From contig OY970166.1 in the NCBI GenBank assembly GCA_963706595.1, positions 64,001 through 128,000 of the forward strand: a DNA stretch of 64,000 nt. The letters are read 5' to 3'. Below the pieces are notes generated by a model, which saw only the letters and a list, made by a program, of their open reading frames with translations, was not told where the DNA came from and did no database searches. The translations under genes were made by a program, and so were the position numbers. Shown here in pieces: positions 20,974-32,288 of this stretch (position 1 is its first letter; each line of letters opens with the position of its first letter). Source of the stretch: an uncultured cyanobacterium (GTDB lineage: Bacteria; Cyanobacteriota; Cyanobacteriia; Cyanobacteriales; Nostocaceae).

Positions 20974-23900
20974 ATGGAAACAGGATCGGAATTATTACAT
21001 AACTTTTTATCTTCTGAGAACTATATACCGCATGGGCATTGCTATCTTTGGCAAAAGCCTCTGGTGGGATTACATTTGGTGAGTGATGCACTGATCGCGA
21101 TCGCCTATTTCTCGATTCCAGTCATGCTGATTTACTTTGTCAATAAGCGCGGGGATATGCCCTTCTCCAAAGTATTTGTTTTATTTGGCGGATTTATTAT
21201 CCTCTGTGGCACAGGACACTTGCTGGATATTTGGACTCTGTGGCATCCAGATTACTGGGTATCAGGCATTGAACGAGCTATCACGGCTTTAGTGTCTTGT
21301 TATACTGCATTACAGCTAATGGAACTTTTACCACAATTTCTGTCCATGCGATCGCCAGAACAACTAGAAGCCATTAACCAAGAATTAGAACAGCTAGTCG
21401 CCGAACGACAAAGCACAGAAGAAACCCTACAAATGATTGTGGCCGGTACTGCTTCTGTAACTGGCGATGATTTTTTCCCAGCCCTAGTGCAGAATCTGGC
21501 AACGGCATTGGATGTGAGTTATGCGTTCGTTTTTAAAACCATTGATGACTCATTACAAAAGGTAGAGAGTATTAATTTTTGGCAGGTAGATCATCTGGGA
21601 GAGAACTTTGAATATGAATTGATCAACACTCCCTGTAAGCATGTAATTCAGAATAATATGCTGTGTGCGTATTCTAGTGGATTGCAAGACATTTTTCCCC
21701 ACAACCCATTGCTAGAGAAATTGGGCGCACAAAGTTACATCGGGGTTCCCTTGCTGGATGTCAATGAAAATGTCATTGGTAATCTGTGTATTGTAGATGT
21801 CAAACCCCTGGAAACAAGCGATCGCACCAAAACACTCTTACAAGTCTTCGCCGCACGGGCTTCTACAGAACTACAACGCAAATGGGCAGAAGAAGAAAAA
21901 CACCGCGCTTATGAAGAACTGGAATTTCGAGTTGAAGAACGCACAGCTGAACTTGTGGAGGTTAATCATACCCTAGAAGTCAGAATTCAAGAACGAATAG
22001 CCACAGAAGCCGCAATCAGGGTAATGGCAGAGAGAGAACAAGCCACCACCCATATCATCCAACAAATGCGTCAAAGTCTCAATCTGGAATCGATTTTCCG
22101 GGCTACCACTGCGGAATTACGCCAAGGTGTAGAATGCGATCGCGTCTTGATTTATCGCTTTAAACCCGATTGGAGTGGCGAATTAGTAGCCGAATCCGTC
22201 TCCCTAAATTGGGATTCTGTGCTTTCCCCACTAAGCCAAAATAGTAAAATCACAGAGGTTTCTGTGGATCAGAACAACTGTGTAATTACGCAACTAACCG
22301 ATTCAGAAGTATTAATCCGTGATACTTACTTACAAAATAACGCCGGCGGAATATATCACCAAGAACATAGATATTGCTGTGTTAATGACATCTACCAAGC
22401 CGGATTTGACACCTGTTATCTTGAGCTTTTAGAACAATTACAGGCACGGGCTTATATTATTGCGCCCATCTTTTGTGGTCATCACCTTTGGGGCTTGTTG
22501 GCAGTTTACCAAAACGGCAGCCCCCGACAATGGCAAAACCCAGAAATTCAGATTGTTACCCAAATTAGCAGTCAACTTGGGGTAGCTGTGCAACAGGCAG
22601 AATTATTTGCCCAAACCCAGGAACAAGCCGAAGAACTCAAACGAGCTAAAGAAGCTGCTGATGCCGCTAATCTCGCCAAAAGTGAGTTTCTGGCAAATAT
22701 GAGCCATGAACTGCGGACTCCACTCAACGCCATTTTGGGTTTTACCCAGTTGATGCAGCGAGATCACACCTTGTCCTCTGAACATCAAAGGTATACAGAA
22801 ATTATTAACCAAAGTGGTGAACATCTGCTGGGGCTAATTAATAGTGTGCTGGAAATGTCCAAGATTGAAGCCGGAAGATTGACTTTATATCTAGGAGAAT
22901 TTGATCTGCATAACTTGCTGCATAGTTTAGCAGGAATGCTAGAACAGAAAGCCATCTCTAAAGGCTTACAACTAATTTTCGAGTGTGATGCAACTGTACC
23001 CCAATACATCAAAGCTGATGAAAACAAACTGCGTCAAGTCCTGATCAATTTGTTGGGTAATGCCATCAAGTTTACTAACAAAGGACAGGTAATTCTGCGA
23101 GCTAGGTGTCAAGAGTTAGAAAAAACTGCTAACTCAGGATTTTCCCAGCTATACAATTTATTTTTTGAAATTGAAGACTCTGGAACTGGAATTGCCTCAG
23201 AAGAAATTGGCAATTTATTTCAAGCTTTTCAGCAAACACGCTCTGGACGGCAATCGAAAGAAGGAACAGGTTTAGGATTGCGAATTAGTCAAAAATTTGT
23301 GCAATTAATGGGAGGCGAAATTACTGTTGAAAGTCAGTTAGGTAAAGGCAGTTGTTTCAGATTTCATCTCCAGGCTGATTTGCCAGAAGCCGTTGTCATT
23401 GCCCAATTATCTGCTCCCACTCTTGATGTAGTCAGTATTGCTTCAGGACAAACAAAATATCGCATTTTAATTGCTGAAGATAATTCGGCTAATCGTTTGC
23501 TCTTGAGTAACATCTTAAGCCGTTTAGGTTTAGCAGTCCAGGAAGCCGAAAATGGCGAACAAGCCATCGCACTTTGGCAAGAATGGCAACCTCACCTCAT
23601 TTTTATGGATATGCAAATGCCGATCATCGATGGTTATCAAGCGGCTCGGCAGATTCGTAATTTAGCACAAAATTTAAACAATCAAAATGGGCAAATCACC
23701 CCTACAAAAATCATCGCCCTTACAGCCAGCGCTTTTACAGAACAGAAGCAAGAAAGTTTAGACGCAGGTTGTGATGATTTTGTCAGCAAACCATTTCTTT
23801 GGGAAGAAATTTTAGAAGTCCTTGCCAAACATCTACAAATAAAATACGTCTATAAAACCACTACGGTCAATAAAATTTCTCCATCCCCAGATTATGTTTT

Positions 23901-24108
23901 GGATGCTGCTGCTTTAGCTATTATGCCAGTTAGCTGGATTGCCCAATTACACAAGGTTGCCGCCCAAGGCAATGATAGCAGTAGTCTGCATCTTGTTGCT
24001 CAAATTCCTGATGAACAAACTGGATTAATTGCATCTCTCACTCAATTAATTGAAACCTATCAGTTTGATAAAATTATCGCCCTCACTCAAACATTTAATT
24101 GCTCATAA
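20974..24108 (+). CDS. Hybrid sensor histidine kinase: ethylene-binding TM domain, GAF, insert-Cys cyanobacteriochrome GAF, HisKA, HATPase, REC
   Basis: [13 protein letters not shown] and FIILCGTGH (ETR1-type), DTYLQ and CY in the second [26 protein letters not shown]. Confidence 0.9.
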   Translation: METGSELLHNFLSSENYIPHGHCYLWQKPLVGLHLVSDALIAIAYFSIPVMLIYFVNKRGDMPFSKVFVLFGGFIILCGTGHLLDIWTLWHPDYWVSGIERAITALVSCYTALQLMELLPQFLSMRSPEQLEAINQELEQLVAERQSTEETLQMIVAGTASVTGDDFFPALVQNLATALDVSYAFVFKTIDDSLQKVESINFWQVDHLGENFEYELINTPCKHVIQNNMLCAYSSGLQDIFPHNPLLEKLGAQSYIGVPLLDVNENVIGNLCIVDVKPLETSDRTKTLLQVFAARASTELQRKWAEEEKHRAYEELEFRVEERTAELVEVNHTLEVRIQERIATEAAIRVMAEREQATTHIIQQMRQSLNLESIFRATTAELRQGVECDRVLIYRFKPDWSGELVAESVSLNWDSVLSPLSQNSKITEVSVDQNNCVITQLTDSEVLIRDTYLQNNAGGIYHQEHRYCCVNDIYQAGFDTCYLELLEQLQARAYIIAPIFCGHHLWGLLAVYQNGSPRQWQNPEIQIVTQISSQLGVAVQQAELFAQTQEQAEELKRAKEAADAANLAKSEFLANMSHELRTPLNAILGFTQLMQRDHTLSSEHQRYTEIINQSGEHLLGLINSVLEMSKIEAGRLTLYLGEFDLHNLLHSLAGMLEQKAISKGLQLIFECDATVPQYIKADENKLRQVLINLLGNAIKFTNKGQVILRARCQELEKTANSGFSQLYNLFFEIEDSGTGIASEEIGNLFQAFQQTRSGRQSKEGTGLGLRISQKFVQLMGGEITVESQLGKGSCFRFHLQADLPEAVVIAQLSAPTLDVVSIASGQTKYRILIAEDNSANRLLLSNILSRLGLAVQEAENGEQAIALWQEWQPHLIFMDMQMPIIDGYQAARQIRNLAQNLNNQNGQITPTKIIALTASAFTEQKQESLDAGCDDFVSKPFLWEEILEVLAKHLQIKYVYKTTTVNKISPSPDYVLDAAALAIMPVSWIAQLHKVAAQGNDSSSLHLVAQIPDEQTGLIASLTQLIETYQFDKIIALTQTFNCS

Positions 24109-24113
24109 AAATC

Positions 24114-25394
24114 ATGGATATCTCTGTAGAACATCAAGTATTTGTTGCTGATATTTTAATTGTTGATGACAAATTAGAAAACATTAAATTTTTATCGGAA
24201 TTTTTATGTAAAAATAACTATCAAGTCCGCAAAGCTATTAATGGACAAGCAGCATTAACATCAGTGAACTCATTACCACCTGACTTAATACTTTTAGACA
24301 TTAATATGCCAGGGATGGGAGGATATGAAGTTTGTCAACACCTGAAGAATAATCCAGAAACTTCGGCAATTCCTGTGATATTTTTGAGCGCTGGTAATGA
24401 AATTAATGATAAAATTTTAGCTTTTGAAGCGGGAGGAATTGACTACATTACTAAACCATTTAATTTGGAAGAGATATTGGTGAGAGTCCAAACTCAGTTA
24501 AAGGTGCAACAATTACAAAAAAATTTACAGGCTCGTAATCAGGAGATTCAAAGTATGCTCCTAGAATTACAGAAAACCGAAGCTGCACTCATTCAAAAAG
24601 AAAAACTGGTTAACGCTTCTCAAATTACAGCCGGAATTTCTCATGAAATTAACAACCCACTCAGTTTTATTGTTGGTAATCTCAAACCTGCATCTGAATA
24701 TAGTGAAAACCTAATTACCCTAATTGCACTTTACCAAAATGCCTTTCCAGATGCAACTCCAGAAATTATTAACTTTATTGAAGATATTGATTTAGATTTT
24801 TTAATTACAGATTTCAGAAGAATTATTAACTCTATTAATACGGGAGCAGAACGGATTCGTTCCGTTATCAATGCTATGCATATTTTCTCCCGTCTTGATG
24901 AATCAGGTATTAAACCCATCAATATTCAAGAAAGTATGGAGAGTGTCCTGACTATACTACGTTATCAACTTGTTTTAAATAACGGAGCAGTCAACATTTC
25001 AGTTGTCAAAAATTATCAAGATACACCCAAAATTTTAGGACAAGCAAATTTATTAAATCAAGCTCTGCTAAGTATTTTACAAAATGCTATTCAGGCTTTA
25101 GAATCAAAAGTTACTTCAGTTATTGACAGTTCATTTAACCCGACAATCTGGCTCAATATATCCACAACAGAGCAACAGCACATCAGAATTAGTATTAAAG
25201 ACAATGGTATAGGAGTTGCTTCAGAAAATCAATCTCATTTATTTGAGCCGTTTTTTACGACGAAACAACCAGGAAAAGGAGTGGGATTAGGTTTATTTAC
25301 CAGCTATCAAATCCTCACTGAATTTCATCAAGGTACTTTAACTTACCATGACTGCGCTGAAGGAGGTTCAGAATTTATTATTGAGATTTCTTAA
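24114..25394 (+). CDS. Receiver-histidine kinase hybrid (REC-HisKA-HATPase)
   Basis: IVDD, LLDINMP, ITKPF, HEINNPL, DNGIG, PFFTTK..GKGVGLGL; starts 5 bp after the upstream kinase. Confidence 0.9.
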   Translation: MDISVEHQVFVADILIVDDKLENIKFLSEFLCKNNYQVRKAINGQAALTSVNSLPPDLILLDINMPGMGGYEVCQHLKNNPETSAIPVIFLSAGNEINDKILAFEAGGIDYITKPFNLEEILVRVQTQLKVQQLQKNLQARNQEIQSMLLELQKTEAALIQKEKLVNASQITAGISHEINNPLSFIVGNLKPASEYSENLITLIALYQNAFPDATPEIINFIEDIDLDFLITDFRRIINSINTGAERIRSVINAMHIFSRLDESGIKPINIQESMESVLTILRYQLVLNNGAVNISVVKNYQDTPKILGQANLLNQALLSILQNAIQALESKVTSVIDSSFNPTIWLNISTTEQQHIRISIKDNGIGVASENQSHLFEPFFTTKQPGKGVGLGLFTSYQILTEFHQGTLTYHDCAEGGSEFIIEIS

Positions 25395-25555
25395 AATATC
25401 CTCATAGTTAGTAGGAAAACAACCCACCGCTAGGCGGAAAAATGGCGGTAAAAAATTAGACTTTTTAAACAACCTCTAAGACAATTTTCCTAAATTATCG
25501 GTAATTTAAAAGACAAAAGAGCCATAATTTTTCTTTTGTCTTTTACTTTTGACCT

Positions 25556-26014
25556 TTATAAACTGGCGTAGCCAAAAGTAGTATTGAATTGGCGACACCA
25601 TATCGCTACAGATTTGAAATCTGCCAAATTCACATTATCAGGTAAAGCGTAACGTTGAGTACCATTGATCTTTTGTAGCGCCGCAATACTCACATAATCT
25701 TTTTCTTGAATACCAGAGACTGGTGGAGTTGCAGAACGATGCAAAATTACAAATAAGTCAGGGCCATTATCAGTTTTGAAATTTTGATCAAACTCCAGGT
25801 AAGGTTTACTAGCTTCAGTAATTACACTGACTTTTCCCTGAGTTGGATGTTCCGCAGCCTGAAAATTTCTAGCCTCAGCAACTGGACTGGCTAAGGTTGT
25901 TGCAGTTGGCGTTTGAGTATCTGTTTTATTTGAAGTTACCTCTGTTGCACAGCCGACGCTGATTATGGTAACGATACCCAGAATTACTAAATGCTGGAAC
26001 TTCATAGCTTTCAC
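25556..26014 (-). CDS. DM13 domain lipoprotein
   Basis: Lipobox SVGC, GPDLFVIL, G.QRYALP, SVAIWCRQFN.TFGYA. Confidence 0.9.
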   Translation of the reverse strand: MKAMKFQHLVILGIVTIISVGCATEVTSNKTDTQTPTATTLASPVAEARNFQAAEHPTQGKVSVITEASKPYLEFDQNFKTDNGPDLFVILHRSATPPVSGIQEKDYVSIAALQKINGTQRYALPDNVNLADFKSVAIWCRQFNTTFGYASL

Positions 26015-26122
26015 ATCCTCAAATTTATTTATACAGTATTTTCTGTGGCGATCGCACTCGACATTGAATGCCGCAGATTCCCTAAATCGAGTATTTTATT
26101 TTAGGTTATCAGTATTTGCAAA

Positions 26123-27739
26123 TCAAATAGGGTTAGCTAATTTCCACAGCAAATAATCATTGTTACTATAAACCACATTGCTTGTAGATTTATATCTAGT
26201 TTCTAATTCACCGCGCCAAGTATCTGAAGGATTGAGTAAAAAAATGTCAGTAAAACCAGCAGGGATATCAGGAATATCTTGATTTTTTACTAATTGAAAT
26301 CGTACTTTTGGCTGTACAAGATAACTCAAAGAAAAAACGTTTCCATAATTAATTCCTTCAGCATCACTAATTAAAAGTGGTTTCTCAGCCTCATTAATAG
26401 TCTTAGCAACTTGTGGATTACCATAGCTAATTCCCTTATTCCACCAAGTCTCAGATGCGTAGCTTACCCTAGAAGAAACAAGCCCACAAACAATAATCAA
26501 TCCCAAAATCACTTGCCAAATTCTGCGGCGTAATCCAATGTGGTTATGTATTTGCGTAGTTAGTAGATAAGCCACAGCAAGTTGAATCCCTAAATAAGCA
26601 GATATTAAATTTTGTTGTGAATTTAAAACTATGCTTTCACAAAATAAATTTGGCACTAATTTAGCGATAACTGGTACTATGATCAATGTCATAATAAACA
26701 ACCAGACTTTATAATTAGTTGTTCGACAGAGAAAATACATTGCATATCCCACTAGGAGTAAGAAAATTGATGAAATTAAATAGCCCAGAAGGTTTTCTAA
26801 GCTAAGATTCAAATCAAAAAAAATCCGACTTACCTGCATTAGCCAAGGGGGATTTAAAGGCATCAGGGGTGTCTCGTTTTTGATGACATCTGCTGATATC
26901 AGAAATTCCAAGGAATTGGCTATTACAATCATCATCCAAGGCATGAAGGCTAAAAAACCCAAAGATGACGCTATTAAATAAGCTCTAACTGTTTCAGTTA
27001 GTTGAAACTTTGTAGCTGTAATTACATAAATTCCCTGAAATACAGCTACAAGAACACTCAATAAACTTGTGTAAAGACTAACCGTCAAAGTTACTACGTA
27101 AATTCCCCAGATCGCAAAACGGTCTGGAATTTGCTGTCCTTGTGCTAATTCATGATGCTCTGTTGATTCCATCCGCATAGCGCGCAAAAGTGACGCGCTG
27201 CATACTATGATGGTTACTAACCACAGACTATCTGCTTGTGCTTCTTGAGCGTAAAGTATATAGATAGGAGAGATTGCCATCAGAGCGATCGCTAACCAAG
27301 GTACTGAGAATGGCACCTGAAATAATTCTCGGCATAGCCAATAAACACACGGAAACACGAACAAGCTGATCACAGCAGATAAACTTCTAATTACGGTGAC
27401 TGAATTCCCAAATATTTGCACCCATAATCTAGCTATTAAATAATAAAGCGGTGGATGTTGTGGGTTTTCCGTTGCTAGAGACATAATTGTGCCACTAAAG
27501 CCTTTTTCTCGATCAGGACTTTGGAACCTAACAAAACCTTCTCTACTAATTACGCCACCATTAAATATCTGCTGTTTTACTTCATCTACTGTGTAGCCAG
27601 AAATTCGCAATGATGTATAAGTTTCATCATGAGAGTAAACTTTACCTTCAAGATTGACAAAGCGAAATAATATCCCCATTGCCAACAAAAAGATCAGAGA
27701 AAACCGCAACCAACTCGGAACGAAAGCGAAGTTCCGCAT
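26123..27739 (-). CDS. GT-C fold membrane glycosyltransferase (family 39-like)
   Basis: HDE motif after the first TM, HPPLYY, multiple TM helices. Confidence 0.85.
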   Translation of the reverse strand: MRNFAFVPSWLRFSLIFLLAMGILFRFVNLEGKVYSHDETYTSLRISGYTVDEVKQQIFNGGVISREGFVRFQSPDREKGFSGTIMSLATENPQHPPLYYLIARLWVQIFGNSVTVIRSLSAVISLFVFPCVYWLCRELFQVPFSVPWLAIALMAISPIYILYAQEAQADSLWLVTIIVCSASLLRAMRMESTEHHELAQGQQIPDRFAIWGIYVVTLTVSLYTSLLSVLVAVFQGIYVITATKFQLTETVRAYLIASSLGFLAFMPWMMIVIANSLEFLISADVIKNETPLMPLNPPWLMQVSRIFFDLNLSLENLLGYLISSIFLLLVGYAMYFLCRTTNYKVWLFIMTLIIVPVIAKLVPNLFCESIVLNSQQNLISAYLGIQLAVAYLLTTQIHNHIGLRRRIWQVILGLIIVCGLVSSRVSYASETWWNKGISYGNPQVAKTINEAEKPLLISDAEGINYGNVFSLSYLVQPKVRFQLVKNQDIPDIPAGFTDIFLLNPSDTWRGELETRYKSTSNVVYSNNDYLLWKLANPI

Positions 27740-27906
27740 AACCTAATCTGATTCAGATAAGAAGAATTAACCGCCGATAAACGCCGATAAATTCAGATGT
27801 TTAATTTTTGATAGCCATAACTGCGGAAAAACCCCCGAAAATATCCGGGGGCTGGTATATTTCACAGACAACTTGCAGCAAAAGCGCTCGGTAGACACCC
27901 AATAAA

Positions 27907-28833
27907 TCAATTACGGTGATTATTACTGTAGCGAACCCTTGTACCTGCCCAAAGCAGCTTCTCACGCAGCGTCTGATAATATGAATTGTTCTCTCGCAAA
28001 ATAATAAACTTCGCCCGACAATCAGCCATCCGCACATCAACCCGATGTCCAGGCCAAATCGACGTAGATAAGACCCCATCCATCCACAGCTTTGTACTCA
28101 AATCATAGTCTCCCAAAGGCCAGATGCTGACCACAGAACCAGGAGGTAAAACTAGAGGGCGACTAGAAAGACTCATGGGACAAATGGGAGTGATGGTAAC
28201 CGCCTCCATACCATCGTGGATAATGGGGCCATTAGCAGAAACGGTATAACCAGTAGAACCAGTGGGAGTGGAAATAATCAAACCATCCCCCACATATTGA
28301 TCGATTACCTCACTATCAATTTCCATTTCCAGAATAGAAGTGATCATGCGGTCAGCAGAAGCGGGTTTCACACAAAATTCGTTCAAAGCCAAGTAGCGCT
28401 CAGTCACAGGTTCCAAATTCGTGCGTTGACCCTCATACACCGCCGCTTGTAGCATCATCCGCCTCTGGATGGCATAGCGATCCTCAAATAGTCGATCCCA
28501 AACTTTCTCTGTATCTTGAAACTCATCTACAGACTCGGTTAAAAAGCCCAGATGACCGCCAATATTTACACCCAGAATGGGTATACCAGCAGGGGCTAAA
28601 TGTCTAGCACTGGTTAAAACAGTACCGTCACCACCGAGTACCAAAGCCAAATCAATGGGTTGAGTTGCAGAAGCCAAAAACACCGGGTAAGGGTTATCTT
28701 TTGGCCCACTAGGCCCCATCAACACGTGACAATGGCGCTTTTCTAGTTGTTTAGCACAAAGTTCAGCCCAGCGTTTACTCTGGGAATCTCGTGCTTTATA
28801 AGCAATGATTACCTGCTTGAGTTGCACGCACAA
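27907..28833 (-). CDS. nadK: NAD(+) kinase
   Basis: LGGDGTVL, GHLGFL, LNE, DGLIISTPTGSTGY. Confidence 0.95.
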   Translation of the reverse strand: MCVQLKQVIIAYKARDSQSKRWAELCAKQLEKRHCHVLMGPSGPKDNPYPVFLASATQPIDLALVLGGDGTVLTSARHLAPAGIPILGVNIGGHLGFLTESVDEFQDTEKVWDRLFEDRYAIQRRMMLQAAVYEGQRTNLEPVTERYLALNEFCVKPASADRMITSILEMEIDSEVIDQYVGDGLIISTPTGSTGYTVSANGPIIHDGMEAVTITPICPMSLSSRPLVLPPGSVVSIWPLGDYDLSTKLWMDGVLSTSIWPGHRVDVRMADCRAKFIILRENNSYYQTLREKLLWAGTRVRYSNNHRN

Positions 28834-29139
28834 TTACCACTTCAGGAGATTAAACTGCTCCATATCGACGGTATCGCGGTTGCGATAAATGGCCAGCACA
28901 ATGGCTAAACCCACCGCCGCTTCAGCAGCTGCCACGGTAATCACAAACACTGTGAATACCTGACCCTTAATTAAAGTTGAATCGAGAAAGTTGGAAAATG
29001 CCATTAAATTCAGATTAACAGCATTCAGCAGTAACTCAATTGACATCAACACCCGCACGGCATTACGACTGGTAATTAAACCATAAATACCAATACAAAA
29101 CAAAGCTGCTGCTAGTAATAAAAAATACTGGAGTTGCAT
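28834..29139 (-). CDS. ndhE: NDH-1 subunit 4L (NuoK)
   Basis: [31 protein letters not shown]. Confidence 0.97.
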   Translation of the reverse strand: MQLQYFLLLAAALFCIGIYGLITSRNAVRVLMSIELLLNAVNLNLMAFSNFLDSTLIKGQVFTVFVITVAAAEAAVGLAIVLAIYRNRDTVDMEQFNLLKW

Positions 29140-29205
29140 GGATTCTCGTATCCCTTCTCAAAACAATCTGGCTTCTGACTTGCGATTCGCATAATATCGC
29201 AAATT

Positions 29206-29820
29206 TTACTCTTTGGTTTCGCTACCCGCCGATACCAAGTCTCTGGGGCGTTCTGGCAAAGTCAAAACAGTTTGTGGCAAATCTGAGGGTGTTGTTGGTT
29301 CTGGCAAATACTCGCGACGTGCCAAAATAATCGCTCCCACCATCGCTATCAGCAACAAAATTGAAGCCAGTTCAAAAGGCAGTAAAAAGTCAGTGAAGAA
29401 ATGCTCACCAATCACAACTATAGAACTTTCTGGAGCTACAAGAGCAGGTGTTGAGTATGCCCAAGGAGTCCCCAATACCATCACACTCAACAGGCCAAAT
29501 AATCCCAGGCTGACAACCCCTGTGAGGACTTTCCGCAGCCCCGCACTGGGAAATGGCGCAAAATCTTCCCGCTTGTTCACCAACATAATGGCAAACAAAA
29601 TTAGCACGTTAACTGCCCCAACATAAACCAGCACCTGTGCTGCTGCTACAAAGTCACCATTCAGCAACAGGTAAATTCCCGCCATGCTGATAAACACGCC
29701 CCCCAGCATAAAGGCAGAATAGACAACGTTCGAGAACAGCACTACGCCTAAAGCTGCCCCAATCATCATCACGCCTAATATGCCTAACGCAACAAACTGT
29801 ACTCCTTCGGCTAGATTCAC
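29206..29820 (-). CDS. ndhG: NDH-1 subunit 6 (NuoJ)
   Basis: AAQVLVYVGAVNVLILFAIML, LPFELASILLLIAMVGAI. Confidence 0.97.
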   Translation of the reverse strand: MNLAEGVQFVALGILGVMMIGAALGVVLFSNVVYSAFMLGGVFISMAGIYLLLNGDFVAAAQVLVYVGAVNVLILFAIMLVNKREDFAPFPSAGLRKVLTGVVSLGLFGLLSVMVLGTPWAYSTPALVAPESSIVVIGEHFFTDFLLPFELASILLLIAMVGAIILARREYLPEPTTPSDLPQTVLTLPERPRDLVSAGSETKE

Positions 29821-29883
29821 TTTTTCCGATCCTTTTTGATTTCCAATAAATCTTAACTGGTAATCGTTAGTACCGATTACCTA

Positions 29884-30011
29884 CTAGCACCGCAAAGCGG
29901 AAGTCAAAAGTCAAAAGTTTACCCTGAGCGAAGTCGAGGGGTCAAAAGTCAAAAGTGTATATAATCGGCTTTTGATGGATTTGAAGTCTAAATTCCGCGT
30001 AGCGGCGCTAG
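29884..30011. mobile_element. CTAG-bounded MITE-like element (same family as 19374), with an inner CTGAGCGAAGTCGA repeat
   Basis: CTAGCACCGCAAAGCGGAAGTCAAAAGTCAAAAG ... TTCCGCGTAGCGGCGCTAG. Confidence 0.7.
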
Positions 30012-30601
30012 GCATTGGTCTTTTCTGTTTGTTCTACCAGGTCTTCTGGACGAGAACCAGCACGAGGTGCATCAGCAGGCAGGTCGTGAGGTTCCATGAC
30101 ACCCTTGGGTAAGTAAGCTAGTTCGCGCAGTGGTGTAACCATTGGGTCATTTGTGACTTTGTAAGGCAGACGACCTAGGGCTACGTTGTCATAGTTCAAT
30201 TCATGGCGATCATAAGTGGATAGCTCATATTCTTCTGTCATTGATAGACAGTTAGTTGGGCAGTATTCCACACAGTTACCACAGAAGATGCAAACTCCAA
30301 AGTCAATGCTGTAGTGTTTGAGCTTTTTCTTTTTGTTGGCTTTCTCAAATTCCCAATCCACTACAGGCAAATTAATCGGACAAACCCGAACACAGACTTC
30401 ACAGGCGATACATTTATCAAACTCAAAGTGAATCCTGCCGCGAAACCGTTCGCCAGGAATCAGTTTTTCGTAGGGGTACTGTACGGTGACTGGGCGACGC
30501 TGCATGTGGTCAAAAGTTACAGCTAACCCTTGACCAATGTAACGTCCAGCTTGTACTGCTTCTTTGGCGTAATCACCAACTTGTTTGAGGAACTTTAGCA
30601 T
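30008..30601 (-). CDS. ndhI: NDH-1 subunit I (2x 4Fe-4S)
   Basis: [12 protein letters not shown] and [12 protein letters not shown]; start at MLKFLKQ. Confidence 0.97.
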   Translation of the reverse strand: MLKFLKQVGDYAKEAVQAGRYIGQGLAVTFDHMQRRPVTVQYPYEKLIPGERFRGRIHFEFDKCIACEVCVRVCPINLPVVDWEFEKANKKKKLKHYSIDFGVCIFCGNCVEYCPTNCLSMTEEYELSTYDRHELNYDNVALGRLPYKVTNDPMVTPLRELAYLPKGVMEPHDLPADAPRAGSRPEDLVEQTEKTNA

Positions 30602-30680
30602 TTTTAGTGTTTTTCTCTCTCTTTTCAATTCTGGATCTGGGATTTGAGATTTCAGATTCAATCTAAAATCTCAAATTGGT

Positions 30681-31800
30681 TTATCCACCAAAGGCGAAGG
30701 GAAAGGCAAGTTTCAGGGCTGCGGTGACTAGAAGATTAACCAAAGCCAGTGGCAACAAAAACTTCCATCCTAAATCTAGCAATTGGTCAATCCGCACCCG
30801 TGGTACTGTCCAACGCAACAAGATGGCGATAAACACTAGCAAATAGGCTTTGATTAGGGTCATGACGATACCCAAAGAAGCCGTTGCTACCTGCAAGACG
30901 GGATTAAATTCACTTACTCCGAACCAATTAGCTATGACGTTAACTGGAATTGGGAAAGTCCCAACCACCCAGGTATAAAACTGCTACTAGTAGAGCAGAA
31001 AGCACTAGGTTGACGTAGGAACTGAGGTAAAACAGCGCGAATTTCATGCCTGAATATTCGGTCTGATAACCAGCGACAATTTCTTCTTCCGCTTCCGGGA
31101 GGTCAAAGGGTAAGCGTTCACATTCAGCCAGGGCTGCTATCCAAAAAATTAGGAACCCTACTGGTTGCCGCCAAATATTCCAACCGAGAATACCATAGCC
31201 AGATTGCTGGTTGACAATATCAATGGTGCTGAGGCTGTTAGACATCATGACGACGGCTAACACGCTCAAGGATAGCGGAATTTCGTAGCTAATAGACTGA
31301 GCCGCAGCCCGCAAGCCACCTATGAGGGAATATTTGTTATTGGATGCGTAGCCAGCCATTAACAACCCAATAGGGGCAATGCTAGAAAACGCAATCCACA
31401 AGAAAATTCCCATGCCCACGTTTGTAATGACAATATTCTGTCCAAAGGGGACAATCAAATAGGACAGAAATACTGGCAGTACGACTAAAATGGGACCGAT
31501 GGTAAATAGCCACGCATCAGCTTTTGCTGGTACGATATCTTCTTTAAATACCAGCTTGAGACCATCGGCGACTGGAGCTAGTAAACCAAAAGGTCCAATA
31601 AATTCTGGACCAATGCGCTGCTGTACTGATGCCGAAATCTTCCGTTCTAACCAAACACAGACTAGTACCCCCACTGTTGCTCCAATGAGCATCAGTATCA
31701 TTGGCAAGGGCATCCATAAGGCTTTGGCTGTCCCTGCTGGTATGCCTAAATCCATGACGGATTTAATAAACGTTCCTTGGAGGTCAATTCCTGAGTTCAT
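30681..31800 (-). CDS. ndhA: NDH-1 subunit 1 (NuoH), split by a +1 frameshift near 30950
   Basis: [31 protein letters not shown]; second ORF supplies [16 protein letters not shown]. Span 1120 nt = 3n+1. Confidence 0.95.
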
Positions 31801-32288
31801 GTTTCTGCTCTTTAAGTCAACTGAAGTATGAAGTGTGAAGTTATAAAGTATAAAATTCGGCTCCTTCATCCTTCATCATTCATACTTTTATGCTTTGATG
31901 AAGACGCTTGATTGATAGCTGGCGTGGCGAAGCCATAGATTTGTGCCAATTCCCATGCCTAGTATATCGTCCAATGGTTTTCAGCCCTTGAAGCTATACA
32001 AGAACTTCTACTTATGGTCAGCATTGGGATTTCTGTTGCTTGGCCAGAAGAGGAAGTGAGGGAAGCAGGGGCAATACTTCTTTTGTTAACCTCTCCCCTA
32101 GTCCCTCTCCTACAAGGAGCTAGGGGGGTGAGGTTTGCTTTATCCGAGAAGTATTGGGCGCAGGAGGCACATCTTCCTGATTCCTTCAGTCTCGCCTCAC
32201 AAAGCATGAAAAAACCTCCGCCGACCTTGTGGCAACGGTTATCTAGTTAATAACTGGGGATGAGTGTTACTAACAATCAAGCTGCCAG

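Noticed and set aside
30681..31869. ndhA as a naturally split gene or pseudogene
   Set aside because: A single +1 base explains it and the same error pattern occurs in four other genes.
31959..32250. Two short opposing ORFs between ndhA and gltA
   Set aside because: They overlap SDR-type repeats and show no recognisable protein features.
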